Of a stretch of 64,000 nt of DNA, positions 9,189 through 19,172 are shown one piece after another. Where the stretch lies: assembly GCA_021812945.1 (NCBI GenBank), contig JAKAMI010000002.1, forward strand, positions 1,047 through 65,046. The letters are read 5' to 3'. The notes beneath the pieces are model-generated. The model saw nothing but the letters and a program-made list of their open reading frames with translations. It was not told the DNA's origin and ran no database searches. Positions within the stretch are counted from its first letter, which is position 1. The number at the start of each line of letters is the position of its first letter. The position numbers and the translations under genes are program-made. The DNA comes from a bacterium. Lineage in GTDB: Bacteria; Patescibacteriota; UBA1384; XYA2-FULL-43-10; JAKAMI01.

Positions 9189-9264
9189 ATATCTAAAGGA
9201 TAGCACATTTCACCGATTATGGTAATTTGAGATCAATTCGTGTACTATTAAAGTTATCAAATAA

Positions 9265-9425
9265 CACCCTAAAGAGCCTGCCCTGAACGAGGTCGAAGGG
9301 GTGGGCTCAAGGGCTAATTTGAGCTCAAGCTTTAGCTTGCTTAAAAACACCCTAAAGGGTAGGCTCAAGTGTTTTGAGCACAAGCCTTAGCTTGGAATAT
9401 CAGCCTAAAGGCTGGTCTCAAGAGA
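9265..9425. repeat. CCTAAAGG..GGCTCAAG..CTTTAGCTTG repeat cluster
   Basis: Three degenerate copies here and two more at ~50021-50095. Confidence 0.6.
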
Positions 9426-9432
9426 AAAAATC

Positions 9433-10059
9433 ATGATCGTAGAAACGTTGGCGAACATTGTGACTTGGGCGATTTCACACACCGGATACTGGGGTGTGTT
9501 TGGTTTAATGTTTTTCGAATCCGCCTGCGTGCCCATTCCTTCCGAAGTGATCATGCCCTTCTCCGGTTTTTTGGTCGTCTCCGGACAATTTTCCCTGATC
9601 GACGTCACTATCATTGGCGCCTTGGGAAACCTGGGCGGTTCGCTCCTAGCTTACTATGTGGGTTACAGGGGAGGACGTCCTCTGGTTGAGAAATACGGCA
9701 AATATATTTTGATTAGCCATCGCGACTTGGACCGGGCGGACCACTTTTTCCAGAAACACGGCGAAGTGACCACCTTCTTCTCCAGAATGCTGCCGATAAT
9801 CCGGACATTTATTTCTCTACCGGCGGGAATCGCCAGAATGGACATCAGGAAATTCATCATTTACACCTTTGCCGGAGCTCTGCCCTTTTCTTTCGCTCTG
9901 GCTTGGGCGGGAGTCAAGCTGGGGGAGCACTGGGGCGAGGTTAGAGACATTTTACACAAGTTCAATATTGTCATTGCAGTCGGTATTTTACTTTTTATTG
10001 CCTGGTGGATTTTAAGACACATTAAGAATTCAAAGTCCAAATCTCAAATCTCGAAATAA
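9433..10059 (+). CDS. DedA family membrane protein
   Basis: ESACVPIPSEVIMPFSG, FFSRMLPIIRTFISLPAGIARM. Confidence 0.93.
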   Translation: MIVETLANIVTWAISHTGYWGVFGLMFFESACVPIPSEVIMPFSGFLVVSGQFSLIDVTIIGALGNLGGSLLAYYVGYRGGRPLVEKYGKYILISHRDLDRADHFFQKHGEVTTFFSRMLPIIRTFISLPAGIARMDIRKFIIYTFAGALPFSFALAWAGVKLGEHWGEVRDILHKFNIVIAVGILLFIAWWILRHIKNSKSKSQISK

Positions 10060-10130
10060 TTCGGATGACAAACAAAGACAGTCTTCGCTGCCTTGGAAGA
10101 CTGTCTTTTGAATCAGTACGTGGGTGAAGG

Positions 10131-11171
10131 CTAGGGCTGCGGAGAAGCAGGGGGCTGATTGGTATTACCGGAAGGTTGGGCAGGAGTAGGGTTAGCTCTA
10201 TCATCGGTGGCGGGAGTATCAAAGGTGTAGTTGGGATGAGAGGTTGGCCGGTCGGTAGTCGGTTGTCCGTTGTCGGTTGCCGGTAAAGCAGATCGGGAGT
10301 TATCGGTATTGGGTGACGGGATCGGGGCGGGGTTTGAGTCTACCGGAGCGGCGAGCGTGTCTGGCGTCTGGAGAGTAGTTTGATCCGGGATCGGCGTGGT
10401 TTTGACAGGAGTAGCATTGAGACCGGCAGTATTCTGTCCGGACATGTCCGGAGCTTGGGTAACGGGAGCGACAAATTGGTCGAAGGTCATAGGTTGTTTG
10501 TCGGAAGATTGGTTATCGGTAATCGGTAGACTGTTATCGGGAGCGGAGCCTGGCACCGGTGGGGTTACCGGCTCGACTGGTTTGGGTTCCGTTTCGACAG
10601 TCGATTCTGCTGCGGGAGTCGGGATTGGCTCGGATGCTATGGGTGATTTGTCTGGAGCAGGCTCAGCGGTAGCCGGAGGCTCATCGCCATCGAATATCGA
10701 CTTGGGCTGGCCGGTAGCGGCCGGTACGGAGGCGGTATCGTCGTCGAAATCGGAGAAAAGATCATCGGCCGGAGTGGTGGTCGGTTCATCGATAGGTTTG
10801 TTGTCGGTTGTCGGTTGTCGGTTGTCAGTAGGGGTATCAGTTGGAGTCAAATCATCGATTTTTGGTGCCGGTGTTTCCGGTTTCGTTTCGTCGGGCTCCG
10901 TGTGTTTAATCGGTTCGGGTTTGACCGGGACGAGATCATCCTTAACATCGTCCTTTTTCTCGTCCGGCTTGGGTTCGGGCATGGCGGCCGGTAAAACGGC
11001 ATCGCCGGTCAATTTTTCCAAATGATTGACACCGACAACCACGGCAGCCGGCGTGCCGTTCCTGGTCAGAACATACATTTGGTCGGTATTATCGACCTCG
11101 TCGATAATCTTATTGAAGCTATCTCGCGCCTCGGTTACCGGTATGATCTTGTCTACATCTACCTGAAGCAT
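10131..11171 (-). CDS. Phd/YefM antitoxin-like domain fused to a long Pro/Thr/Asp-rich disordered tail
   Basis: N-terminus IIPVTEARDSFNKIIDEV..YVLTRNGTPAAVVV matches the Phd/YefM pattern; GGAGG lies before ATG 11171. Confidence 0.75.
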   Translation of the reverse strand: MLQVDVDKIIPVTEARDSFNKIIDEVDNTDQMYVLTRNGTPAAVVVGVNHLEKLTGDAVLPAAMPEPKPDEKKDDVKDDLVPVKPEPIKHTEPDETKPETPAPKIDDLTPTDTPTDNRQPTTDNKPIDEPTTTPADDLFSDFDDDTASVPAATGQPKSIFDGDEPPATAEPAPDKSPIASEPIPTPAAESTVETEPKPVEPVTPPVPGSAPDNSLPITDNQSSDKQPMTFDQFVAPVTQAPDMSGQNTAGLNATPVKTTPIPDQTTLQTPDTLAAPVDSNPAPIPSPNTDNSRSALPATDNGQPTTDRPTSHPNYTFDTPATDDRANPTPAQPSGNTNQPPASPQP

Positions 11172-11436
11172 AAGCCCCTCCAAAAAATTACGCAGTAATT
11201 TTTTGTCCCGCGTATCCGCCAAGGGCGGAGAAGTGGGACAAGTCAAAATATTATTAATCTAAAAGAAGAAAGAAGTAGGTAATTATCTGCTTGCTCAGCT
11301 CTCCTGAATTTCTAGGCGCTTTTTGAGATCGTTGTCTCAAGCGCTTGCGACCGTCGAAATTCAGTAAAGCCTCGCCGGCTTCGTGAAGTGTCACCCGATA
11401 ATTCAATTCTAATACAAATAAAAAGTTTAAGCAAAA

Positions 11437-12456
11437 TTAACGCTTTTCCAAAACCTCGCCCAGGGCTTCCTGCCAGGGGCGCATGGTGAGGCCGTATTTA
11501 TTCAACTTGGCTTTGGTGAGGTAGGAGTAGGCCGGGCGTTTGGCGGGGGTGGGGTACTCGGCGGTGGCGATAGGTTTGAGACCTATTTTAACCTTCGACT
11601 GTTTAAAAATTTCCTTGGCAAAATCATACCAAGAAGCTTCGCCCTCGCCGGTGGCGTGGTAGATACCGTAGGGAAGAGGGGCATTGCTTGATTGTTTCAT
11701 CCTGCTCCGCTCTTCTGGAGCTATGAGGGACACGGTTGCTTCATTGTTGTCATCCTGAACTTGTTTCAGGATCTCTGCGTTTGAATTTTGGGACCCTGAA
11801 ACAAGTTCAGGATAACGGTTTCGGAAGATAATTTCAGCAATCACCCCAACCAGGTCGCCGGTGTAGGTGGGGGAGCCGATTTGGTCGCTGACGACCGAGA
11901 TTGAATCGCGTTCTTTGGCCAGTCTCAGCATCGTCTCAACGAAATTCGAGCCAGGATGACCCTGTGGCAACTCGCCGTAAAGCCAGGCGGTGCGTATAAT
12001 ATAATACTTGTCGCAGACTGCCTGAATCGCTTTTTCGCCTTCCAACTTGGTTTGGCCGTAGAAGTTGACCGGATCGGTCGGATCGTCCTCATTTATTGGG
12101 ACGTTACCGGTACCCGGGAAGACGTAATCGGTCGAAATATACAACAACGTCGTATCTTTTTCGGCGGCGATTTCAGCCAGGTTTTTGGTTCCGACGGCAT
12201 TCACTTTATAGCAAAGTTCCCGACCCTCACCCTCGGCCTTGTCGACCTGGGTATAAGCGGCGGCGTGAATAATGAAGTCGGGCTTTTCTCTTGACAAAAC
12301 CCGCTCAATCATCGTTTTGTCGGTAATATCCATCTCCTCGGAGTCAGTGAGTATTAGTTGGTAGTCAGTCGTCGGTTGTCGGTTGTCAGGGACCTGAAGT
12401 CGTTCGATCAATTTGTTCCCGAGCTGGCCCTTGGCGCCGGTGATTAGAATTTTCAT
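11437..12456 (-). CDS. rmlD: dTDP-4-dehydrorhamnose reductase with two in-frame repeat insertions
   Basis: MKILITGAKGQLG, HAAAYTQVDKAE, ISTDYVF, YGQTKLEGE, DQIGSPT, PAKRPAYS. The ORF-track extension to 12564 is repeat-derived. Confidence 0.93.
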   Translation of the reverse strand: MKILITGAKGQLGNKLIERLQVPDNRQPTTDYQLILTDSEEMDITDKTMIERVLSREKPDFIIHAAAYTQVDKAEGEGRELCYKVNAVGTKNLAEIAAEKDTTLLYISTDYVFPGTGNVPINEDDPTDPVNFYGQTKLEGEKAIQAVCDKYYIIRTAWLYGELPQGHPGSNFVETMLRLAKERDSISVVSDQIGSPTYTGDLVGVIAEIIFRNRYPELVSGSQNSNAEILKQVQDDNNEATVSLIAPEERSRMKQSSNAPLPYGIYHATGEGEASWYDFAKEIFKQSKVKIGLKPIATAEYPTPAKRPAYSYLTKAKLNKYGLTMRPWQEALGEVLEKR

Positions 12457-12462
12457 AAATGC

Positions 12463-12551
12463 TCCTTCGCAAATATACAAATCAAGCGAAAGTACAAATG
12501 GGCGTAGCGTTCTATTTGTACTTTTGTAAAATTTGTAGATTTGCGAAGGGG
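12463..12551. repeat. ~90-bp palindromic element CCTTCGCAAATCTACAAA...TTTGTAGATTYGCGAAGG (copy 1 of 6)
   Basis: Other copies at 14941-15052, 15913-16022, 20148-20238, 21548-21640 and 48461-48549. Confidence 0.85.
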
Positions 12552-12560
12552 AGAAGCTTT

Positions 12561-13274
12561 TCAATCCTGAAAGAGAACTTCAATGTAAGCTTTCGCTTCG
12601 AGCTGTTCTTCGAAGCTGTTTTCCAGTTCCAAGCTGGTGTACTGCGGCAGATATTTGATGTAGTTTTTAACGTAATCAAACTCATTCAGGCTAGTAAAGC
12701 CGTGACGGTTGTAATGAGTTTCATGGCCGGCGTCGAACTCTGATGTTTTTAAAACTTTAGTAATGGCAGAGATATGGGCACAACCGATAGGATATTTTTT
12801 CAGCAATTCGGTGAAATTATCATAGGCGGTTAGGTTCTGCAGAACGCCATAATCGTGATAATGAGAAAGATCGAAACAAATACCGGCCGATTCTCGAACC
12901 ATCTGTTCGTAATTATCAGGCATAGAGCCACCGGTATTCTCAATATAGATTCGGTTTTGATATTCGGGCAAATTCTTTATTGCTTCAGCCGAACGTTTGG
13001 TCGGGTGGAGATTGAAAAGCCGGCAGTCCCATTTTTGGCTTAAATAATCGAGCTCGTCTTTGCCCATATCCTGCTCGCGCAAATGGGTGTGACGGATTTT
13101 TTTGAGCTTACTTTTTTCCAAAAGATCATAAAGCTCTCGGCGCTCGGGTTTCTCAAGAGCGGTGGCGAACAACGAAATCTGCTCGATATTAAATTTGTTT
13201 ATTTCCTTAACCTTGGCGCGCCAGTCGGAGCCCCAAGTGGTAGTCAGGCCAAGAAGTAGAGTGTGTTTAGGCAT
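12561..13274 (-). CDS. Hypothetical protein, possible xylose-isomerase-like TIM barrel
   Basis: Metal-ligand-like motifs HTH, NLHP, IEN, CFDLSH, HIS and SLELEN. Confidence 0.6.
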   Translation of the reverse strand: MPKHTLLLGLTTTWGSDWRAKVKEINKFNIEQISLFATALEKPERRELYDLLEKSKLKKIRHTHLREQDMGKDELDYLSQKWDCRLFNLHPTKRSAEAIKNLPEYQNRIYIENTGGSMPDNYEQMVRESAGICFDLSHYHDYGVLQNLTAYDNFTELLKKYPIGCAHISAITKVLKTSEFDAGHETHYNRHGFTSLNEFDYVKNYIKYLPQYTSLELENSFEEQLEAKAYIEVLFQD

Positions 13275-13299
13275 TTGGTTTGAATTGATAATTTTATTT

Positions 13300-13397
13300 T
13301 GTCATCCTGAGGTTCATTTTGTCATCCTGAGGAACGAAGGATCTATCTGCCTTATTGAAAAAGATTCTTCTCCGCAAAATAGCGGATCAGAATGACA
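13300..13397. repeat. GTCATYCTGA...TCAGRATGAC REP/RPE-like palindrome (intergenic copy)
   Basis: Same family at ~25729, 27354-27460, 29758-29835, 42475-42560, 56351-56417, 56985-57043 and 60931-61190, and in frame in tsaD and rmlD. Confidence 0.8.
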
Positions 13398-13419
13398 TAA
13401 AAGGGGGAAATGTTGAGAA

Positions 13420-14439
13420 TTAATCGCGGGTCTTGTTCTGTTCGGCCCTAGTGGTATCCAAGTATTCCTTGGAGATGATCCGGCTCCACCACTCCTGATT
13501 GTTCCGGTACCAGTCGATGGTCTGTTTGATACCCTCTTCGAAGTCGACCGAAGGCTTGTAACCGAGTTCGCGGCGGATTTTGGAATCGTCGATAGCGTAG
13601 CGCATATCGTGGCCTTTGCGGTCTTTGACAAAAGTTTTGAGACTCTCGGGCTTGCCGGTGGCTTTGAGAATTGTCTCAGCGACCTCCAAACCGTTCATCT
13701 CGGCGTGGCCGCCTAGACAGTAGGTCTCCCCGTCCTTGCCTTTATGAATTATCAAATCAATGCCGGCGCAGTGGTCGGTGACAAAGATATAGTCGCGGAC
13801 CGCTTTGCCCGTGCCGTAAATCGGCAGGGGTTTGTCGTTCATGGCGTTGGTGATGAAAAGGGGAATGACTTTTTCGGGAAATTGGTAGGGACCGTAGTTG
13901 TTGGTGCAATTCGATATCGTAATCGGCAAGCCGTAAGTATCGTGATAGGCGCGGACCAGATGGTCGGAGCCGGCCTTGGAAGCGGAGTAGGGCGAGTGAG
14001 GATTGTACGGGGTTTCTTCGGTAAACTTAACCTCAGGATTGTCAAGACTCAGACTGCCAAATACTTCGTCTGTCGAAACATGGTGAAATCTTTTGACCTT
14101 ATTTTCTTTGGCCGCATCAAGCAGAATCTGGGTGCCGATCACATTTGTCTGGACGAAAACCGCCGGGCCGGTGATCGAGCGGTCGACGTGGCTTTCGGCA
14201 GCGAAATGAACGACAATGTCAACTCCGTCCATGGCCCTCTCTACGTCGTCTCTGTTACAAATATCACCGTGAATAAAAGTGTATCGAGGATCGTTTTCGA
14301 CTGATTTTAGAGTTTCTAGATTCCCTGCGTATGTCAACTTATCCAGATTGACAAAAGAATACTTGGGATATTTCTCTATCATGTAGAGAATAAAATTACT
14401 TCCTATAAAACCCGAGCCACCGGTTATTAGCAGTTTCAT
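13420..14439 (-). CDS. rmlB: dTDP-glucose 4,6-dehydratase
   Basis: TGGSGFIGSNF, DKLTYAGN, HFAAESHVDRSI, VSTDEVFG, PYSASKA, NNYGPYQFPEK. Confidence 0.96.
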   Translation of the reverse strand: MKLLITGGSGFIGSNFILYMIEKYPKYSFVNLDKLTYAGNLETLKSVENDPRYTFIHGDICNRDDVERAMDGVDIVVHFAAESHVDRSITGPAVFVQTNVIGTQILLDAAKENKVKRFHHVSTDEVFGSLSLDNPEVKFTEETPYNPHSPYSASKAGSDHLVRAYHDTYGLPITISNCTNNYGPYQFPEKVIPLFITNAMNDKPLPIYGTGKAVRDYIFVTDHCAGIDLIIHKGKDGETYCLGGHAEMNGLEVAETILKATGKPESLKTFVKDRKGHDMRYAIDDSKIRRELGYKPSVDFEEGIKQTIDWYRNNQEWWSRIISKEYLDTTRAEQNKTRD

Positions 14440-14912
14440 ATGGACTCCCAGTCGAAATTAATTGTTTTGTCGTATGGATCGGTGCGGTCTTCGTCGGGGT
14501 GATCACGGTCGTATTCTTTCGTCACATGGTAGAAAAGAAGGCAAGGCTCGTCGGAGACGACTTTGTAGCCATGCTCCACGCCCATCGGAATCAGAACCAG
14601 CTTATAATTATCCACTCCGGAGGCGATGACTTCGGTTTGGCCGAAGGTCGGGGAATCTTTTCTGGCATCGTAAAGCACGATCTTGGCCAAACCGGTAGCG
14701 ATAAACCAAAGATCATCTTGAGATTTATGCGAGTGGAAAGCCTTAATCGTCCCTTTGTAGGCAACAGACAAATTGCTCTGGGCGAATTTACTCATCAGCC
14801 CGTCGCTTTCGCGAAGTATCTCAAGGAAAATCCCCGGTTTGATTCCAGGCTGGTCCAAGTCCGGCTTGTCCTTGAAAACTCTTAGTTCTTTGATTTTCAC
14901 ACCCTGTATCAT
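14436..14912 (-). CDS. rmlC: dTDP-4-dehydrorhamnose 3,5-epimerase family
   Basis: IKAFHSHKSQDDLW, LYDARKDSPTFG, IPMGVEHGYK; lies in the rml operon. Confidence 0.88.
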   Translation of the reverse strand: MIQGVKIKELRVFKDKPDLDQPGIKPGIFLEILRESDGLMSKFAQSNLSVAYKGTIKAFHSHKSQDDLWFIATGLAKIVLYDARKDSPTFGQTEVIASGVDNYKLVLIPMGVEHGYKVVSDEPCLLFYHVTKEYDRDHPDEDRTDPYDKTINFDWESI

Positions 14913-15061
14913 GTTACTCCTACGGGATTACTAAGTGTCTCTCCTTCGCAAATCTACAAATCCGGCAAAAATACAAATAATGCGCAACGTTCAATTTGTA
15001 TTTTCGTAAAATTTGCCGTGCCTGCCGGCAGGCAGGTAGATTCGCGAGGGGGTTGAGACGA

Positions 15062-15823
15062 CTAGAAGACCTCGCCTTTTGATTTTCTAGCCCTGATCTC
15101 GTTCTGGATATCGTTTAGCGAATCGAAAGTGCCGGCGTCGGCCCAGGTGCCGTCGAAAGTGTTGACTTTTAGCTTGTTTTCTTTGAGATAGATATTATTC
15201 AGATCGGTGATCTCGATCTCGCCGCGAGACGAGGGCTTGAGGCTTTTGGCATGTTTCACTACCTTATTATCATACGTGTAGAGGCCGACCACGGCGTAGT
15301 TGCTCTTGGGTTTCTTTGGTTTTTCCTCTATGGAGACGGCTTTCATGTTCTTGTCAAACTCAACCACGCCGAAACGCTCCGGATCCGGTACTTCCTTGGC
15401 AAAGACCATGGCGCCGGACTTGAAGTTTTGAATTTCTTTGGAAAAATCATGACCGAGGAAAATATTATCTCCCAAGATCATGGTCACGTCATCGTCGCCG
15501 ATAAAGTCCTCGCCGATGATAAAAGCGTCGGACAAGCCCCGAGGCGACAGCTGAATCTTGAAGGTGAAATCTACCCCGCAGAAGTCGCCGCATTGGCCAT
15601 TTTCCTTTTCTTTCTGTTGTTCCATCGAGAGCAGATTAACGAAACTGCCAGAGAAGGTCGGGGCGACAATGACCAAGATGTCCTTGATCCCGGCTTTAAC
15701 CAAAGTTTTGATGGGATAGTAGACCATCGGCTTGTCATAGACCAAAAGCAACTGTTTGGACGTGATATAAGTCACCGGTCGCAGGCGCGTGGCGCTGCCG
15801 CCGGCCAAAACAATACCCTTCAT
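15062..15823 (-). CDS. rmlA: Glucose-1-phosphate thymidylyltransferase
   Basis: GIVLAGGSATRLRP, SKQLLLVYDKPM, EEKPKKPKSNYAV, RGEIEITD, WADAGT. Confidence 0.93.
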   Translation of the reverse strand: MKGIVLAGGSATRLRPVTYITSKQLLLVYDKPMVYYPIKTLVKAGIKDILVIVAPTFSGSFVNLLSMEQQKEKENGQCGDFCGVDFTFKIQLSPRGLSDAFIIGEDFIGDDDVTMILGDNIFLGHDFSKEIQNFKSGAMVFAKEVPDPERFGVVEFDKNMKAVSIEEKPKKPKSNYAVVGLYTYDNKVVKHAKSLKPSSRGEIEITDLNNIYLKENKLKVNTFDGTWADAGTFDSLNDIQNEIRARKSKGEVF

Positions 15824-16096
15824 AGAACCTCCAAGGTTTTAAAATTTCAAAATCCAAATTTCAAATATCAAATAAAAGTCTAAAGTTCAAACGCCGAACA
15901 ATAAGTTACTTTTCCTTCGCGAATCTACAAATCTAGCAAAAGTACAAATAGCGAATAGCGTCCAATTTGTATTTTCGTAAAATTTGCCGTGCCTGCCGGC
16001 AGGCAGGTAGATTCGCGAGGGATCGAAACTTCTTGTTTCGATACTACCACCCTCTCTTTAATATTTCAACTCGAACTGTTATATTCAGAAGTAACT

Positions 16097-17398
16097 ATGT
16101 CAACAACCAAAAGACTTCTGTCCAACAGTCTGATTGTTTTTATTGGCACCTTTTTAGGCAGCGTCTTTTCCTATCTTTTCAATATGTTGATGGGGCGGAT
16201 GCTGGGGCCGGTTCCTTACGGCGAGATGACGGCTCTGGCATCTTTGATGATGATTATCGGGGTAACGGGAGGGGCTTTTTTTACTATCTCGATGCGCTAC
16301 TCAGGCGAGATGGTGGCCTTGAACCAATATTCGGCTCTTCTGAAACTATTTCGGTTCATGAGCCGCAACGTCTTTCTATTCAGCTTAGGTCTTCTAGCCC
16401 TGGGACTGGTTTTGGTCAAACCGATTAGCCAGTTTTTCTCCATCTCTACTATCTGGTCGGTGGTTATCAGTCTAACCAGCGTGATCTTTGGTTTGATGAT
16501 AAACATTAATCGCGGTTTTTTACAAGGGGCTCAAAAGTTTCTAGCTATCTCGGTTTTTGGCAGTTTGGAATCGTTCCTGCGGTTAACACTCGGTCTTTTG
16601 TTGGTATTCTTGGGATTTTCGCTCAACGGCGCTCTCTCGGCGATGGTGTTGGCCACAGCCTTGGTCTACGCGTTAACTTTTCTGCCTCTGGGCAAGGTAC
16701 TGAAACAAAAAGAGAAAAATGTTTCTACGGATTCTTTTAAGTTTGACAAAAAGGAGATCTTGGGTTACTCTTGGCCGACTCTGATCGCCGCCGCTTTTTT
16801 GGTTCTCAGTATCAACTTGGACATATTATTGGTTAAGCATTTTTTCGCCCCGGAAGTTGCCGGAGTCTATGCGGCTATCTCGGCTATCGGAAAGATAATC
16901 TTGTATGTCTCGGCTCCGATCATCGGGGTGATGTTCCCGATGGTCTCCGAGCAAAAAGCCAAAGGCCAAAAACATTTTCGAGTCTTTCTGTTTTCCGTGG
17001 CCTTGACCGTCCTCTCGTCTTTGGTGATCTTGGCCGTCTATGTTATTGCTCCCGGAAAAGTGATATCTATATTGTATGGGCCGAAATACGTCGGATTCTA
17101 TTACCTTTTACCCGAGGTTGGGCTCTCGGTTTTGTTTTACGCTTTATATAATTTGATCAGCAATTACTATCTGGCGATCAAAAACTTTATCTTCTTATGG
17201 TTTTTTACCTTGACAATTATCGCCCAAATAGTCTTCATCTCTATTTTTCACGGCTCGTTGACCGAAGTCATCAGAATCCTGATTGTGAGCAACGCCGGCT
17301 TATCTCTCCTGATGCTCGGGTATTACGTCTTCATCAAATGGCCTCAGATCAAGGTCTATTTATCGGGCGAACTTGAAAGTTATAATGAATCAAAATAA
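16097..17398 (+). CDS. Polysaccharide flippase (Wzx/MOP family)
   Basis: About 12 hydrophobic segments; RMLGPVPYG and DILLVKHFFAPEVAGVYAA. Start at ATG 16097; the upstream extension is repeat-derived. Confidence 0.85.
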   Translation: MSTTKRLLSNSLIVFIGTFLGSVFSYLFNMLMGRMLGPVPYGEMTALASLMMIIGVTGGAFFTISMRYSGEMVALNQYSALLKLFRFMSRNVFLFSLGLLALGLVLVKPISQFFSISTIWSVVISLTSVIFGLMININRGFLQGAQKFLAISVFGSLESFLRLTLGLLLVFLGFSLNGALSAMVLATALVYALTFLPLGKVLKQKEKNVSTDSFKFDKKEILGYSWPTLIAAAFLVLSINLDILLVKHFFAPEVAGVYAAISAIGKIILYVSAPIIGVMFPMVSEQKAKGQKHFRVFLFSVALTVLSSLVILAVYVIAPGKVISILYGPKYVGFYYLLPEVGLSVLFYALYNLISNYYLAIKNFIFLWFFTLTIIAQIVFISIFHGSLTEVIRILIVSNAGLSLLMLGYYVFIKWPQIKVYLSGELESYNESK

Positions 17399-18125
17399 AT
17401 TATCCATCATTATCCCCGCCTACAACGAGGAGAAAAATATTTACCGGACGATCGATAAGATTGTCAATTGTCATGACGATTTAGATTATGATTACGAAGT
17501 GATTGTGGTAGTCGACGGGGCGGAAGATAAGACCGAGCAGGAGGCCAAAAGGCATCGTTCGGCCAAAGTCAGAGTGTTCGCCTACTCAAAGAATCACGGC
17601 AAAGGCTACGCGCTAAAATACGGCACCCAGAAAGCTTCCGGCGATATTGTGACTTTCACCGATGCCGGAGGGGATTTCGATCCGACCCAGTTTGATAAAT
17701 TTATCAAAGTCTTAGAAGCGTTTGATGCTGATATGGTCATCGGTTCCAAACGCCACCCGGCCTCCAGAGTCAACTATCCGCTGAAACGCCGGATCTTTTC
17801 CTGGGGCTACCACAAGATCGTCGACACTCTTTTCGGACTCAAGGTTACCGACACTCAGACCGGCCTGAAGGTCATTAAAACGTCCGTGGCCAAAAAAGTG
17901 ATGCCGCTCCTTCTGGTCAAGCGCTACGCCTTTGATCTGGAGATGCTTATGGTCGCCAAACAGCTTGGCTTCGGCCGGCTGTTTGAGGCGCCGGTCGAGA
18001 TGAATTTCAACGCCGCCATCAGCGGGGTGAGTTGGACCGCGATAGTGAGAATGTTTATCGACACTATGGCTGTCTTTTACCGAGCCAAGGTGTTGAATTA
18101 TTATAGAAAACAAGCTAAAAGTTAA
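17385..18125 (+). CDS. Glycosyltransferase family 2 (DPM1-like)
   Basis: SIIIPAYNEE, VVDGAED, NHGKGYAL, DTQTGLK, YAFDLEML. Confidence 0.9.
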   Translation: MNQNKLSIIIPAYNEEKNIYRTIDKIVNCHDDLDYDYEVIVVVDGAEDKTEQEAKRHRSAKVRVFAYSKNHGKGYALKYGTQKASGDIVTFTDAGGDFDPTQFDKFIKVLEAFDADMVIGSKRHPASRVNYPLKRRIFSWGYHKIVDTLFGLKVTDTQTGLKVIKTSVAKKVMPLLLVKRYAFDLEMLMVAKQLGFGRLFEAPVEMNFNAAISGVSWTAIVRMFIDTMAVFYRAKVLNYYRKQAKS

Positions 18126-18223
18126 ACAGCTTGTCAGAATACAGCTACCGACAAATTTTATCAAATTAATTTTTTGAGGTGTTCAGCTGTCGAACTGTCG
18201 AGCTGACCAACTAATGGAGCTCT

Positions 18224-19111
18224 ATGTCCAAAATTACCAAAGCAATAATTCCGGCGGCCGGATTGGGAACGCGCTTTTTGCCCGCTACCATCGCCCAGCC
18301 CAAAGAGATGTTACCCATCGTTGATAAACCGGTGATTCAGTTTGTAGTGGAAGAAGCGGTCAAAGCCGGCATCAAGGACATCCTGATTATCACCGGCCGG
18401 AGCAAGCGGGCTATCGAGGACCACTTTGATCCGTCCTACGAGCTCGAGGATATGCTCCAGAAGAGGGGCAAAATCGAGATTTTAAAGATTATCAAACAGA
18501 TTTCCGGACTGGCCAACATCCATTTTGTGCGCCAGAAACGCCAGCTTGGTTTGGCCGATGCTATTTATCAAGGAAGAACTTTTGCCGGTTCTGATTCGTT
18601 TGCGGTGCTTTTGGGAGACACGATTATATATTCGCCAGATAAGAACCACAACCTAAGCCAAATGATTAAGAAACATCAGCAAACCGGCCGGTCGGTGGTA
18701 GCGGTCGAGAAGGTGGCCGATGAAGATATCGTCCGTTACGGCATTGTGGATGGAAAAAAGATCGAGGACCGAGTTTACGAGGTCAAGGACCTGGTGGAGA
18801 AACCGGAGATCAAAAACGCTCCTTCAAATCTGGCTATCGCTTCGCGGTATGTCTTTGACCCGGGGATTTTCGAGCTGATTGGAAAAACCAAATCCGGCAA
18901 AGGCGGGGAGATCCAGATCACCGATTCGATGCGTTATCTGGCCAAAGAAGGAAAGCTTCTGGCCTACGAGATTGACGGTATTCGCTATGATATCGGCAAC
19001 AAAGTTGATTTTGTCAAGACCAACATCGACTTTGCTCTAAGACGACCCGACGCCAGAGGTGAGATTCTGGAATACATGAAAAAGATAGTTAAGGATGATA
19101 AAGGTAAATAG
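18224..19111 (+). CDS. galU: UTP--glucose-1-phosphate uridylyltransferase
   Basis: KAIIPAAGLGTRFLPAT..PKEMLPIVDKP, VEKP, GEIQITD. Confidence 0.95.
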   Translation: MSKITKAIIPAAGLGTRFLPATIAQPKEMLPIVDKPVIQFVVEEAVKAGIKDILIITGRSKRAIEDHFDPSYELEDMLQKRGKIEILKIIKQISGLANIHFVRQKRQLGLADAIYQGRTFAGSDSFAVLLGDTIIYSPDKNHNLSQMIKKHQQTGRSVVAVEKVADEDIVRYGIVDGKKIEDRVYEVKDLVEKPEIKNAPSNLAIASRYVFDPGIFELIGKTKSGKGGEIQITDSMRYLAKEGKLLAYEIDGIRYDIGNKVDFVKTNIDFALRRPDARGEILEYMKKIVKDDKGK

Positions 19112-19172
19112 TTTATAGTTGATGGTTAATCGATAACAGTAAATACAAGATTTGTAATTTAAAAGTGAATCA

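Noticed and set aside
12456-16097. ORF-track N-terminal extensions of rmlD (12564) and wzx (15989), and similarly NRAMP (48515) and pilB (38935)
   Set aside because: The extensions translate palindromic repeat DNA; better starts with family-typical N-termini or Shine-Dalgarno sites lie downstream.
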